A DNA stretch of 58,831 bases from a bacterium (GCA_027490575.1 JAIXXV010000031.1:1-58831), one strand, 5' to 3'. Shown: positions 33,901 to 43,101, counted from the first letter of the stretch. Translations and numbers: made by a program. The notes: generated by a model from the letters alone, not told the origin.

Positions 33901-35277
33901 GGACTTAGTGCAAGTGGTGCAAGTAACTCAAATTTCTTCGGTCTGAATGCAGGACTTAGTGCAAGTGTTGCAAGTAACTCAAACTTCTTTGGTAACAATG
34001 CAGGGTCTGGTGCTATCAGTGCATCTGGATCAAACTTCTTCGGAATCAACGCAGGAGCTGGTGCACACACAGCAGGCAGTTCAAACTTCATTGGTGGTGG
34101 TGCTGGGCAGAACGCAACCAACGCAAGTAACTCAAACTTCTTTGGTGGTAGTGCTGGGCAAAACGCAACTAACGCAATCAGCTCCAACTTCTTCGGTCAG
34201 AATGCAGGACTTAGTGCAAGTGGTGCAAACAACTCAAACTTCTTTGGTAACAATGCTGGAGCGATTGCAACTAATGCAAGTTACTCAAACTTCTTTGGTG
34301 TTAGTGCTGGGCAAAACGCAACTAATGCAGCTAATTCCATATTCATGGGTATTAACGCTGGTCTTAATGACACCGTAAACAACACCTCAGCAAACCGTTC
34401 ATCCATCCTTATTGGTAACTACACCTCAACTGGAGGATTCTCAAATAGCATTGCTATAGGTCAGGGTGTTAGAAACTCAGCTGTAGACCAAGCTGTCATA
34501 GGTAGAGTATTGTTTCTATCGGGCATAAGTTCATCAACTTCAGCTACTTCTACGCCTATGGCAAACGGTAGGCTAGGTATTGGCACATCAACCCCAACCC
34601 AAGCTCTCTCTGTCGTTGGTACAGTCTTCGCTTCAAACCTCCTCGGTGGTGCAACCACTCTTTCAACAGATGCCAACGGTAACATCATACGTTCACCATC
34701 AGATCAATCTCTCAAGGAAAACATTACTACTATAGAAAACGCATTAGACAAGATATCACAACTACGTGGTGTATCTTACGAGTGGCTCGACAAAGCACGA
34801 TTCGGTTCATCTACTGAAATTGGCGTGATTGCCCAAGAAGTAGAGCAAGTAGTACCTGAAGTTGTATCATCAGGTGGTGAATACAAATCTGTAAAGATAG
34901 CAAACCTTGTTGGACTCATCATAGAAGCTGTTAAGGAGTTGAAGGAGAGGGTTGATACTATGTTCGCTTGGTTTGGTGGAAATGGAAAACGTCTAGATGT
35001 GCAAGGTCTAGTGTGTGCAGGTGACACTTGTGTTACCGAGGCTCAGATGGAACAAATACTTAAAAACTACTTGAATGCTACAGGGCAGCAATATAGTGTG
35101 CCAAATCAAATTGTGGATACTCAAACTAATACCCCAACAGAAGAGTCAGGTACTCCAAGTGCAGGTAGTAATGATGCCAATGAACAACCATCTGAGTCTG
35201 CTCCTCCTGTTACGGCACCTGTAGAACCCGTCTCAAGTGCACCAGAAACACCAGTTGAAACATCCTCAGAGCTATAG
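30994..35277 (+). CDS. Giant secreted tail-fibre-like repeat protein with a C-terminal intramolecular-chaperone (peptidase S74-type) domain
   Basis: Signal peptide. Five GNVGIGT(T/N)xP motifs. 17 and a partial copies of a 17-aa NFFGxxAGxxAxxAxxS repeat. The block SDQSLKENITTIENALDKISQLRGVSYEWLDK...GVIAQEVEQVVPEVV...LVGLIIEAVKEL is typical of endosialidase/tail-fibre chaperone domains. Confidence 0.8.
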   Translation: MSEGLFNNRKCFLNLIKKSFLILLIAFTFLPQNPVGAQEEFTTGYENEVGYFSNIDNTLSTIKNIYLDAYGQLLSALLNATNSVFSLVTNALGVEGLNSVDSSNVASVNSLVAQANVIRVPSQANTNTGTSTGARSGQGTASTNTGAPTTRVLRNTGIRNSSNNNVTQEYIESRFLDIIGMIPSIVRGYSSSVSSQGSTNQNFLPPTGIFYPQFASYGYTNPSRDSASISSVNTIVSERVSNDISALNNSLLPRIEELENSSSTGGSSQWDDIDGVGISYMDGNVGIGTTTPDATLVISDTNTARPLKLLGIYGTNVEFVVSDEPPSVYANVDAGVGSLGFLNSDSYLGGLYTKYSSVGRWGKVLHRRDDDSILFNFDNSDGKQMLFDQIGLRMRKNVYGIDGIDLNVSDEGDGNLNLSSTEDGLSTFTMSDDLYDENVNISGDGSAYFAGNVGIGTTDPQANIEIKNELNASLWLSYGTDRSGRISFYNGDGDENAYFLSDDDLNNFQINTDGRPLLLQPTGGNVGIGTNNPNHALSFSTAGATIGIADQLAYDAPGGALTITGGVGTAGGNAGGDLILKGGNSFTGESHAAGDVKIYGGVNNFDSPLYGGAIRMYTAGAERFTVLNDGNVGIGTNNPLAKLDIAGINEYNYVRLLTPYGDFTNGLSIALNDNGEGDGFGLIDMNMNPEEGFNITKNNGQGEFSQFGLGSEISFTTQDSNTGLSASAYLSTGGFSVTGTTSVTTLNITSGITYVGSDKYMTMQGGTVSDADNLIGNNFFVGIGAGEGVIPFDDSILCLDLCDFGGTENVMIGKNAGSGATNVIRSNFFGTGAGQGAISAGNSNFFGNNAGAIATNASYSNFFGSGAGQNATNAGSSNFFGVSAGSGATNAGNSNFFGGSAGQNATNAISSNFFGQNAGLSASGANNSNFLGASAGNSATNASNSNFFGVSAGSGATNANSSTFFGLNAGLSASGASNSNFFGLNAGLSASVASNSNFFGNNAGSGAISASGSNFFGINAGAGAHTAGSSNFIGGGAGQNATNASNSNFFGGSAGQNATNAISSNFFGQNAGLSASGANNSNFFGNNAGAIATNASYSNFFGVSAGQNATNAANSIFMGINAGLNDTVNNTSANRSSILIGNYTSTGGFSNSIAIGQGVRNSAVDQAVIGRVLFLSGISSSTSATSTPMANGRLGIGTSTPTQALSVVGTVFASNLLGGATTLSTDANGNIIRSPSDQSLKENITTIENALDKISQLRGVSYEWLDKARFGSSTEIGVIAQEVEQVVPEVVSSGGEYKSVKIANLVGLIIEAVKELKERVDTMFAWFGGNGKRLDVQGLVCAGDTCVTEAQMEQILKNYLNATGQQYSVPNQIVDTQTNTPTEESGTPSAGSNDANEQPSESAPPVTAPVEPVSSAPETPVETSSEL
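33472..34373 (+). repeat. 51-bp tandem repeat array (about 17.7 units) inside the 1427-aa gene, with long perfect internal duplications
   Basis: Units each encode NFFGxxAGxxAxxAxxS. A segment of about 115 bp at 33671-33785 recurs at 34130-34244 (offset 459 = 9 units). A segment of about 54 bp at 33532 recurs at 34247. Confidence 0.9.
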
Positions 35278-35300
35278 TCTTAGAGTATTAGAACCTCGGG

Positions 35301-35335
35301 TAAAGTCTTAAAGGTAAAGTCTTAAAGATTAAATC
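35301..35335 (-). repeat. Heptamer array TAAAGTC/TTAAAGG/TAAAGTC/TTAAAGA/TTAAATC (14-nt super-period) between convergent genes
   Basis: Read directly. The TAG stop of the FAD-oxidase gene (complement of 35335-35337) abuts the array. Confidence 0.8.
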
Positions 35336-37134
35336 TACCTCCTAATAATATATTTCTCAATCTCTTTTACTGTACCACCAACCTTTTTTCTAGGATTACA
35401 TATATTGAGCGGGTCAAATATATTTTTAATATCTATAAACATATCGTAAATCTTTGCGCCATAAAACTCTTCGAGGAAAGGGGAGCGTATGATACCGTCA
35501 CTGTGGTCTGCACTCATATTACCACCAAGCTTATTGACCAAAGTAAACACTGATCTAGACAGCTCAGTAATCTTTTTTACAACATGTCTATCAGCCATAT
35601 CAAATACTGGTATGACGCGAAGTGCACCATCACCTATATGCCCGTGGAACCCATAGTTGATACCTCGGCTTTCAAGGATATTGAGTAACTCAGGTATGAA
35701 AATATCAAACTTATCTATAGGTACTATTATATCTTCGATGCAAGGTATTGCATGCATAGTGCCTTGTACATCATCTCGCATTGCACCAAAGCTAGAACGT
35801 CTAATGGCCCATAGTGCATCGTAATGTGATTCATCTGTTACCATGACTGGATGCATACCAGTTTCTTTTACTATTGCTTCATATATACCTTTAGCTTTGT
35901 TGTCTACATCGTCTTTTATATGACCTGTAAATTCAGCTAGTATGATCAGATGAGTCTCTGGTCCAAAACATTGCATTGCTATTTGACCCTCAGCTTGTTT
36001 GAACTTTGTAGCACTTCTAAGAGTATTTATATCAAATGTTTCTACACTTTCTGGTCTACCAGTCATGACAGTCTTAAGTATTATAGGTAAATGATCTAGT
36101 GCATCAACTGGTATGGCGAGTAACCTCTTTTCAGGATTGAAGCTGTGAAGTTTTATCTTTGCAGATGTAACAATACCTAGAGTAGCTTGGCTACCAACAA
36201 AAAGCGGAGCCAAGTTATATGTATCATCTTTAGGATTGTAGACTCTTTCTATACGATATCCTGACGCGCATTTAGGCACAGGTCTTTTTATTGCTGATAT
36301 ATCATTTGCGTATTGGTTTAGTATCCTAGCAATACTTCTATATATCTTGCCCTCTGCAGTTTGAAGCTTTTGCTTGTCTGTGAATTCTATAGCAGTGAGT
36401 TTTCCAAACTCGTATTCTTCACCATTTGTAAGTACAACTTTTACTGATTCTACATTGTCGATGGTGGCACCGTATAAGATGCTCTTTTCACCTGAAGCAT
36501 TGTTACCAATCATACCGCCTATACCACATATATCTTTTGAAGAAGTATATCCAGGAAAGAAAAGATTGTGCACTTTCATCTTTGCTTCCAGGTCTCTATA
36601 CATGACACCCATTTCTACTATGGCATTTTTGGCATTGTAGTTTATATCAAATGAGTTCATGTACTTTGTCATGTTTAGCATGATGCCAGTATTTAGTGAT
36701 CCACCAGACATACATGTGCCTCCCGCTCTAACAGATATGGTGATGTCTGAGTTACCAAGCCTTCTCGAAGTACCTTTACTTTGTATACTACCTTGGCCAC
36801 TGTTTTTATTTGAAAATGAGAAAAGTGATTTTATCTTATTCATCAAATTATTTTCATTTGCACCGACGATTTTTGATCCACTCGCCCAGCTCATCATTGA
36901 TACTTCTCTCAAAAGAGCTTGTATTTCCATCTTGTTTCTAGGGTAGACAACTATGCTAGGTTTAACTACAAATGCACTGGCGTCGCTAGAGTGCATGGTC
37001 AAAGTTTGATCATCTATACTAAAATCAAAAGAATTTTTTTCCAGAAAATTTATTACAGCTAGTCTTTTGTCCTGCGTATTCATACTATTCACGCCATCCA
37101 TACTCTTGCTGTGAAAATCCTTTTGTTCATTCAT
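35335..37134 (-). CDS. FAD-linked oxidase (GlcD/D-lactate dehydrogenase-like)
   Basis: FAD-binding PCMH-type blocks (VVYPRNKMEIQALLREV, ISVRAGGTCMSGGSL, GIGGMIGNNASGEKS). C-terminal FAD-oxidase_C-like region (ADHSDGIIRSPF). An N-terminal low-complexity insertion is present. Confidence 0.72.
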   Translation of the reverse strand: MNEQKDFHSKSMDGVNSMNTQDKRLAVINFLEKNSFDFSIDDQTLTMHSSDASAFVVKPSIVVYPRNKMEIQALLREVSMMSWASGSKIVGANENNLMNKIKSLFSFSNKNSGQGSIQSKGTSRRLGNSDITISVRAGGTCMSGGSLNTGIMLNMTKYMNSFDINYNAKNAIVEMGVMYRDLEAKMKVHNLFFPGYTSSKDICGIGGMIGNNASGEKSILYGATIDNVESVKVVLTNGEEYEFGKLTAIEFTDKQKLQTAEGKIYRSIARILNQYANDISAIKRPVPKCASGYRIERVYNPKDDTYNLAPLFVGSQATLGIVTSAKIKLHSFNPEKRLLAIPVDALDHLPIILKTVMTGRPESVETFDINTLRSATKFKQAEGQIAMQCFGPETHLIILAEFTGHIKDDVDNKAKGIYEAIVKETGMHPVMVTDESHYDALWAIRRSSFGAMRDDVQGTMHAIPCIEDIIVPIDKFDIFIPELLNILESRGINYGFHGHIGDGALRVIPVFDMADRHVVKKITELSRSVFTLVNKLGGNMSADHSDGIIRSPFLEEFYGAKIYDMFIDIKNIFDPLNICNPRKKVGGTVKEIEKYIIRR

Positions 37135-37139
37135 ATGAT

Positions 37140-38141
37140 TTATATTTTAGTTATTTGCCAGTCGCTAGGCGCATTTTTTAAATAATCCTGTAGCTTGTCC
37201 TCACTCAAAAGTCCTGCTTGAGCACCTACATACTGGCACACACTCATAGAGTTGATAGAGCCCCACTTCATTGCTTCTTCTATACTTTTTCCACGAGCTA
37301 TTGCAGTACTGAAAGTAGAAGCAAATGCGTCGCCTGCTCCTGTTCTGTCCACCGGCGCAGAAACATCAGGGTATATAGGGAGATGTAGAAGTGAGCCTGA
37401 TTCGTCAAATGCATAAGATCCATTAGGTCCATCTGTTATAACTGGTATCTTTACGCCAAGACCCTTCAGACCATTTAGAAGTTCTTTAACATCTTTTGAT
37501 GGATTCTTCAGTATCAATTGAGACTCTTCTAGATTACAAAAGAAAAGCTCTGATCTTTTGTATAGTCCTGAAAGCATTTCATATCCGAACTTAAGTTGGT
37601 AAGTACCAGGTTGAAATACTAGTTTTATATTTGGATTTTTATCTAAATAAATTTCTAAATCTTTATGAAATTGGATTGAATTTTCACCAAGAGAACTTAG
37701 ATAAAGCCACTTGGTAGATGAGATGTCAGGTAGAGAAAGAGGGAATAGCTCGTGTTTTATAAGTATTGTACGCTCACTACCAAACCAAAGTACATAATGA
37801 TAGTTTGTCTTCAGGCCTTTGTGGACACCTATATACTTAGTGTATACACCATCAGTTTTCAACTTATCTATACACTTTTGACCATTTTCATCATCACCGA
37901 CATGCGCTATAAGCCCAGAGTATAGACCGAGTCTCGAAGCTGATACTGCTGCATTGGCACTGTTGCCAACTGCCACAACCTCTTCAGCTGATTCAAAAGG
38001 GAGCTTTGTTCCAAAAACCATACATATCTCAGTCTTCTGAGTATCTTTATTCAAGGTCTCATGCGCGTCTTTCAGTTTTATAAATGCATCGATAACGATA
38101 TCTCCAATCGCAATAAATTCAGGTTTCTTAAATATATTCAT
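37140..38141 (-). CDS. PfkB-family carbohydrate kinase
   Basis: C-terminal signature DRTGAGDAFASTF. N-terminal GDIVIDAF. The start is moved to the internal Met (MNIFKKP), 9 nt after a TATAAT box. Confidence 0.8.
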   Translation of the reverse strand: MNIFKKPEFIAIGDIVIDAFIKLKDAHETLNKDTQKTEICMVFGTKLPFESAEEVVAVGNSANAAVSASRLGLYSGLIAHVGDDENGQKCIDKLKTDGVYTKYIGVHKGLKTNYHYVLWFGSERTILIKHELFPLSLPDISSTKWLYLSSLGENSIQFHKDLEIYLDKNPNIKLVFQPGTYQLKFGYEMLSGLYKRSELFFCNLEESQLILKNPSKDVKELLNGLKGLGVKIPVITDGPNGSYAFDESGSLLHLPIYPDVSAPVDRTGAGDAFASTFSTAIARGKSIEEAMKWGSINSMSVCQYVGAQAGLLSEDKLQDYLKNAPSDWQITKI

Positions 38142-38212
38142 ATGCGAATTATTATAACATTTACATATTAGTTTACATACATTATATATTGACCTTGTGA
38201 TAAAATAAGAAG

Positions 38213-38545
38213 ATGTCAACAGGCGTAGAGTTTGAAGAAGACCCTATTCTCACTAGAAAGACCTTTCAACCGGTCGTCCCTGTTCAAAATGCAAACCTAA
38301 ATAATTATCAAAACTTTTTTGTTAATAAAACTTCTCAAGCAAAAACTGGATTCGGAAGTGCATCTGATAAAAATTGGGTGGTCAGACTGGTACTTAGGTC
38401 TAGGATAGTCAAAACTGAAGTTCAGGCGGAGATAGTTATCATAGTAGCTATAGTCATAATGTGCTTACTTTCTTTATATTTTTTCACTAAAACCTTTTCA
38501 CAGGGACAGATTCAGACCATACGTATAAATAATGTAAGTAAGTAG
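38213..38545 (+). CDS. Hypothetical single-pass membrane protein
   Basis: One TM (IVIIVAIVIMCLLSLYFF). TGATAAAAT box 6 nt upstream of the ATG. Confidence 0.45.
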   Translation: MSTGVEFEEDPILTRKTFQPVVPVQNANLNNYQNFFVNKTSQAKTGFGSASDKNWVVRLVLRSRIVKTEVQAEIVIIVAIVIMCLLSLYFFTKTFSQGQIQTIRINNVSK

Positions 38546-38615
38546 TGGTATAATAGTTTACAATATAAGTAATTCGTACTTATAAAAACTAATATGTCGT
38601 TTATATATTACTAAT

Positions 38616-39974
38616 ATGTTACTAAGCAAATTTATAAGAAATAGTGTAAATGTATGTAGAGCTCAAAGTCGTGTGGGTAAATTTGCTACTCTCGGATTTA
38701 CACTTATTGAACTCCTTGTGGTTATATCGATAATAGGTTTACTTTCATCTGTAACATTATCAAGTATGGCTGGCGCGCGTATGAAAGCTGACGATGCAAA
38801 GAGAAGTCAGGAGTTGGCACAGGTCAAGATTGCATTGGAGCTTTATTTACTTGCCAACAATTCATACCCAACTATTTCGTTTTTAGACAATAACTCTTTT
38901 TCAGAAGACAAATCGCAGTTAACTTTCGGTCAGTCGGTACTAGGTATATTTACAGATAAAGTTTATGCGCAAAGCGTAAGTCAGGGCTGTGATTATTTCA
39001 ATCAGGTCTCGCAAACATTGATCAATAGAGGTTTTATGAAGACTATACCAAGAGATCCTAAAAATTCTCCTTCCACGGGTGTTTGCTATAAGGCGTGGTC
39101 TGACGGAAATAATATTGCGGTCTATACATATTTAAATGAAAAATATGCCACAAATGCTAATTTAAATAAAAAAATTGGTTTTGTACTATCAAAAAATTCT
39201 GAAGTCAATATAAATATGGCTCAAACAATATGTACTAATACTAGCAATAGTACTGGAGATCCTTTTCCTGTAATATCTCCGACAGGTTCAGGTGGATATT
39301 GCACTGGTACTTTGATTGCTGACAAAGTCCTAGGATTTACATCAGGTTCAGAGGTTTTGGCAGGAGGGGGTGTCATTACAGGCCAAGGATCATGCTCGGA
39401 TCCACAGTATACAAACCAGGCATCTTGTATACAAGACAGGTCGTATTGTTCAGATCCACAGTACACAGACCAAAGTTCATGTGAAGGTGCCATGTGTGGT
39501 GGTAGTTCAGCATCCTGTAGCGATTCAAATTATTACGATGAATCGTCATGTACCAATGCAATGTGTACCACTCCTGATGGATACGTATGTACAGATGGGT
39601 CAATTACTGATCAATTCACATGTGAAAATGCACAATGCACTACAACTAATAGTGGCTGTAGTAACCCATCTTATAGTGACCAATTATCATGCGAAGGTGC
39701 ACTTTGTACTCTTTCTAATGATTATTGTGACGATCCTTCATATGGTGATCAGTATAGTTGCGAAAGTAATGGTTACAGTTGGAATAGTGGAACTTATGAG
39801 GGAAATTGTGGATATTCGTGGTCATCTGAATCAACGACTGCTAATTGTGGATATAGCTGGTCTTATGTTACTGGGTCCACAAATAACTGTGGTTACACTT
39901 GGCAACCAGGCACTGAGAGTACTCCTTGTGGAAACACTTGGTCTGCTGTGTCAGGAGGTATTTGGACACCTTAA
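38616..39974 (+). CDS. Type IV pilin-like protein with a long Cys-rich repeat C-terminal extension
   Basis: Class III signal and prepilin site G/FTLIELLVVISIIGLLSS. About 6 copies of CSDPxYxDQxSCExAxC, then 4 copies of NCGY[ST]W. Confidence 0.8.
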   Translation: MLLSKFIRNSVNVCRAQSRVGKFATLGFTLIELLVVISIIGLLSSVTLSSMAGARMKADDAKRSQELAQVKIALELYLLANNSYPTISFLDNNSFSEDKSQLTFGQSVLGIFTDKVYAQSVSQGCDYFNQVSQTLINRGFMKTIPRDPKNSPSTGVCYKAWSDGNNIAVYTYLNEKYATNANLNKKIGFVLSKNSEVNINMAQTICTNTSNSTGDPFPVISPTGSGGYCTGTLIADKVLGFTSGSEVLAGGGVITGQGSCSDPQYTNQASCIQDRSYCSDPQYTDQSSCEGAMCGGSSASCSDSNYYDESSCTNAMCTTPDGYVCTDGSITDQFTCENAQCTTTNSGCSNPSYSDQLSCEGALCTLSNDYCDDPSYGDQYSCESNGYSWNSGTYEGNCGYSWSSESTTANCGYSWSYVTGSTNNCGYTWQPGTESTPCGNTWSAVSGGIWTP

Positions 39975-40058
39975 AGATAAAAGCTCATAATATGGCGGAC
40001 CCGCGAATCTATTACATATATTTGCCTTTTCTGGAAAAATAGATATAATCAGGTGACC

Positions 40059-40688
40059 ATGAAATTGACTATAGAAAAAAGAGCAGAAGATGCTACAACT
40101 ACTAGAAATAAAGGTAAGATACCCGGTGTATTTTACGGACCAAAGGCTACTTCTACTGCTATCGCTGTAGATGCTACCGAGTTTACAAAAGTTTGGAGAG
40201 AAGCAGGTGAGTCATCAGTTATCACTCTAAGTGGAGTAGACGGAGACCAAGATGCACTTATCCAAGACATACAAAAAGATCCAGTTACGGAGCTTATAAA
40301 ACACGTTGACTTTTACGTTATTGAAAAAGGTAAGAAAGTTCAAGTTGCGGTACCACTTGAGTTCGTTGGTGTATCTTTCGCTGTAAAGAGTTTGGGAGGT
40401 TCACTTATCAAGGTTCTTCACGAGCTAGAGATTGAAGCTATGCCAAAGGATCTTCCTCACGAAGTAGAAGTAGACATCTCTGTGCTAGCTGATTTCGATG
40501 CTCAAATCAAAGCATCTGATATCAAACTACCATCAGGAGTTACTCTTATAACAGAAGCAGACGAGATTGTTGCACTTGTAAACGCTCCTAAAGACGAAGT
40601 TGAAGAATCAACAGATTCTACTATAGACATGACAGCTATCGGCATATCAGAAGACAGAGGTAAGAAAGAAGAGGAAGCTGCAGAATAG
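40059..40688 (+). CDS. rplY: Ribosomal protein bL25 (Ctc form)
   Basis: GKIPGVFYG and a two-domain length. Acidic C-tail. ATG 9 nt after TATAAT. Confidence 0.85.
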   Translation: MKLTIEKRAEDATTTRNKGKIPGVFYGPKATSTAIAVDATEFTKVWREAGESSVITLSGVDGDQDALIQDIQKDPVTELIKHVDFYVIEKGKKVQVAVPLEFVGVSFAVKSLGGSLIKVLHELEIEAMPKDLPHEVEVDISVLADFDAQIKASDIKLPSGVTLITEADEIVALVNAPKDEVEESTDSTIDMTAIGISEDRGKKEEEAAE

Positions 40689-40735
40689 TCAGACAACAAG
40701 CTTCATAAAACATTCACATATTGTTAATAAACAAT

Positions 40736-40775
40736 AAAAAGACCTCGCTCTAATAAAGATACGAGGTCTTTTTAT
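40736..40775 (+). terminator. Intrinsic terminator
   Basis: Stem gacctcg/cgaggtc with a 5' A-run and a 3' TTTTTAT. Confidence 0.8.
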
Positions 40776-40804
40776 ATTGATGCTTATAAGTTATAATCAT
40801 TATC

Positions 40805-42187
40805 ATGTCTGTTAGAAATACTATGTCAAAAAAGAGCTTTTTATTTTTATTAGTATCTGCAACTTTTGCTTTTTCAGCACTTATTTTTGGTATTTATTAT
40901 ATTTATAACTCAAGTATTGCATTTGCTCAGGATCTAACTCCAGAACAAGAGCAAAAGCTTAGAGCTGAACTCCAAAGCATTGAAGCCGAGATTGCCAAGC
41001 AAGAGTCAATACTAAAACAAAAACAAACTGAAGGTGCATCTATAGCCAGAGATGTTTCTATACTCAATGCCCAGATAAAGACTGCTCAGCTGAAAGTCAG
41101 ATCTCACCAGCTAAACATCGATAATCTTGGTAAGGATATCAACGTCAGAAACAACACTATAAGTGCCTTGGGTACTAGGATTGATAAAAACAAAGGATCA
41201 TTAGCTCAGATCATACAAAAGACAAATGAGATTGATGATTATAGTTACGTTGAAGCAATGCTCGGCAATAAAGATATATCAGAATTTTTCATAGATTTAG
41301 ACTCATTTGCTTCTATCAAAAAATCCATGCAGTTCAACCTCAACAACATCAAAGAGGCTAAAAATGAAAATGAAACTGTTAAAAAAGAGCTAAGTACAAA
41401 GCGGGACAAAGAGTTGGACTTGTTGGCAAGTATCGCTCAGGAAAAGAAGAAAATTGAGGTAGCAGAAGCTGAAAAGAAAAGGCTTCTAAATCTAAATACA
41501 AATGAGCAAAAGGGATATCAGTCAATCATAGCTTCTCAGAAACAAAGAGCTAGTGAAATACGTAATCAGCTGTTCAGATTGAGAGATGCTGGTCCCATAA
41601 AGTTCGGAGATGCAGTTGTCTTGGCACAAAATGCAGCAGCAAAGACAGGTGTAAAAGCAGCTTTTGTACTTGCAATCATACAGCAAGAGAGTAACTTGGG
41701 TGCCAATGTCGGACGTTGCTACCTTACTGCTGAGGACGGATCTGGTGTAGGCGCATCGAGTGGTAAAGTCTTCCCGAACCTGATGAAGGCTAGTAGAGAT
41801 GTACAGCCTTTCTTGAAGATTACAAAGGATCTCGGTTTGGATCCTTACAAGACATTGGTTTCTTGTCCTTTGAGTGTAGGGTTTGGTGGCGCTATGGGGC
41901 CCGCACAGTTTATACCTTCTACTTGGCAGATATTCGCCAACCGTATCGCTGCAGCATTAGGAAAGCAGTACTCAGACCCTTGGAATCCACAAGACGCTTT
42001 CATGGCCTCATCTATGTATCTTGCGGACCTCGGAGCTACTAGTGACAACTATACAGCACAGAGAAATGCAGCTTGCAGGTACTACTCCGGCAGGTCTTGT
42101 AGTGGAAGCAACACCTTCTATGGAGACCAAGTTATGGCCAGAGTTCAGGCTATTCAGACTAATATAGACATCTTGAATGCTAATTAG
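40805..42187 (+). CDS. Membrane-anchored coiled-coil protein with a C-terminal lytic-transglycosylase-like (MltB/SLT-type) domain
   Basis: TM, an EnvC-like coiled coil of about 230 aa, then LAIIQQESNLGAN (catalytic Glu context) and GAMGPAQFIPSTW. Confidence 0.6.
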   Translation: MSVRNTMSKKSFLFLLVSATFAFSALIFGIYYIYNSSIAFAQDLTPEQEQKLRAELQSIEAEIAKQESILKQKQTEGASIARDVSILNAQIKTAQLKVRSHQLNIDNLGKDINVRNNTISALGTRIDKNKGSLAQIIQKTNEIDDYSYVEAMLGNKDISEFFIDLDSFASIKKSMQFNLNNIKEAKNENETVKKELSTKRDKELDLLASIAQEKKKIEVAEAEKKRLLNLNTNEQKGYQSIIASQKQRASEIRNQLFRLRDAGPIKFGDAVVLAQNAAAKTGVKAAFVLAIIQQESNLGANVGRCYLTAEDGSGVGASSGKVFPNLMKASRDVQPFLKITKDLGLDPYKTLVSCPLSVGFGGAMGPAQFIPSTWQIFANRIAAALGKQYSDPWNPQDAFMASSMYLADLGATSDNYTAQRNAACRYYSGRSCSGSNTFYGDQVMARVQAIQTNIDILNAN

Positions 42188-42333
42188 GGCTTTTTGTGAT
42201 CGGTCAGTGTGTCCTTATAATTTTAGAGTCCTAGTTTCGCTGATAATGACAGTTGGCGTTAGACGCGTTAATGAGATGTTCCTGTAAGTTTGTATGGCTA
42301 CATGAACAAAGGGAAAAGAGATATAATTAGCAA

Positions 42334-42771
42334 ATGAAAATAATTGAGTTCTATCATAATGCTCGACGACGTGCAGAACGTCGAAAAAGTCCTTGGCAAT
42401 TTTTGCTTATCATCTTTGGTTTTTGCGCATGGATCGCTATCTGGTACCGACTTTTTAATCTTATTTGGATTATACATGTTTATATTTATCCTAGTCATCA
42501 ATTCTCTGAATTTTGGAATGGAGATGAGAGCGCAACAAGTTTACTACTTAGCTTTCTTATGATGTTTGCATTAGCACCCATATCAATGATTAGTGGTTTT
42601 ATGCTCTCGAATATTTTATTTTGGCTAATTGCTCCAGCAAGAAAAAATTTTGAGAGGAACCAAGGAACACTCACATACGCTACATCTGGCTTACTCAAAC
42701 CGTTGAAATGGTCCTTGCTTGGAATTATCATTTCAATCATTTCAGCCAACCTACTTCATTCTTTGAAATAA
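42334..42771 (+). CDS. Hypothetical membrane protein (about 4 TM)
   Basis: Hydrophobic segments. TATAAT 6 nt upstream of the ATG. Confidence 0.45.
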   Translation: MKIIEFYHNARRRAERRKSPWQFLLIIFGFCAWIAIWYRLFNLIWIIHVYIYPSHQFSEFWNGDESATSLLLSFLMMFALAPISMISGFMLSNILFWLIAPARKNFERNQGTLTYATSGLLKPLKWSLLGIIISIISANLLHSLK

Positions 42772-42853
42772 TCAAATAAGGTTTCTGACGGGAGACAGCA
42801 ACCCAAAACCAGCCAATTTGCCTTTTTTACCCCCATCATGTATAGTACTTGTC

Positions 42854-43093
42854 ATGAAAGCCGATATACATCCTACATATTATTCAAACTCAACTTTCAC
42901 ATGTGCATGTGGAGCTGTTTATCCTATTGGTTCTACAAAGGAGAAAGTTAGTGTTGAAATATGCTCAAACTGTCACCCATTTTATACAGGTACTGAAAAA
43001 GTTCTAGATGCCGCTGGTAGAGTAGACAAGTTCAACTCAAGAAGAGCAGCTGCGGGTACAGCAACAAAAGCAAAGAAAGTTTCAAAAAAGTAA
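42854..43093 (+). CDS. rpmE: Ribosomal protein bL31
   Basis: MKADIHPTYY...CACG...CSNCHPFYTG. The start is moved to the internal Met, 7 nt after TATAGT. Confidence 0.92.
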   Translation: MKADIHPTYYSNSTFTCACGAVYPIGSTKEKVSVEICSNCHPFYTGTEKVLDAAGRVDKFNSRRAAAGTATKAKKVSKK

Positions 43094-43101
43094 CTACATA
43101 G

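Noticed and set aside
30994-35277. Prophage, inferred from the tail-fibre-like gene
   Set aside because: No capsid, portal, terminase, tail tube, integrase or lysis genes are in the flanks. The neighbours are metabolic genes with native promoters.
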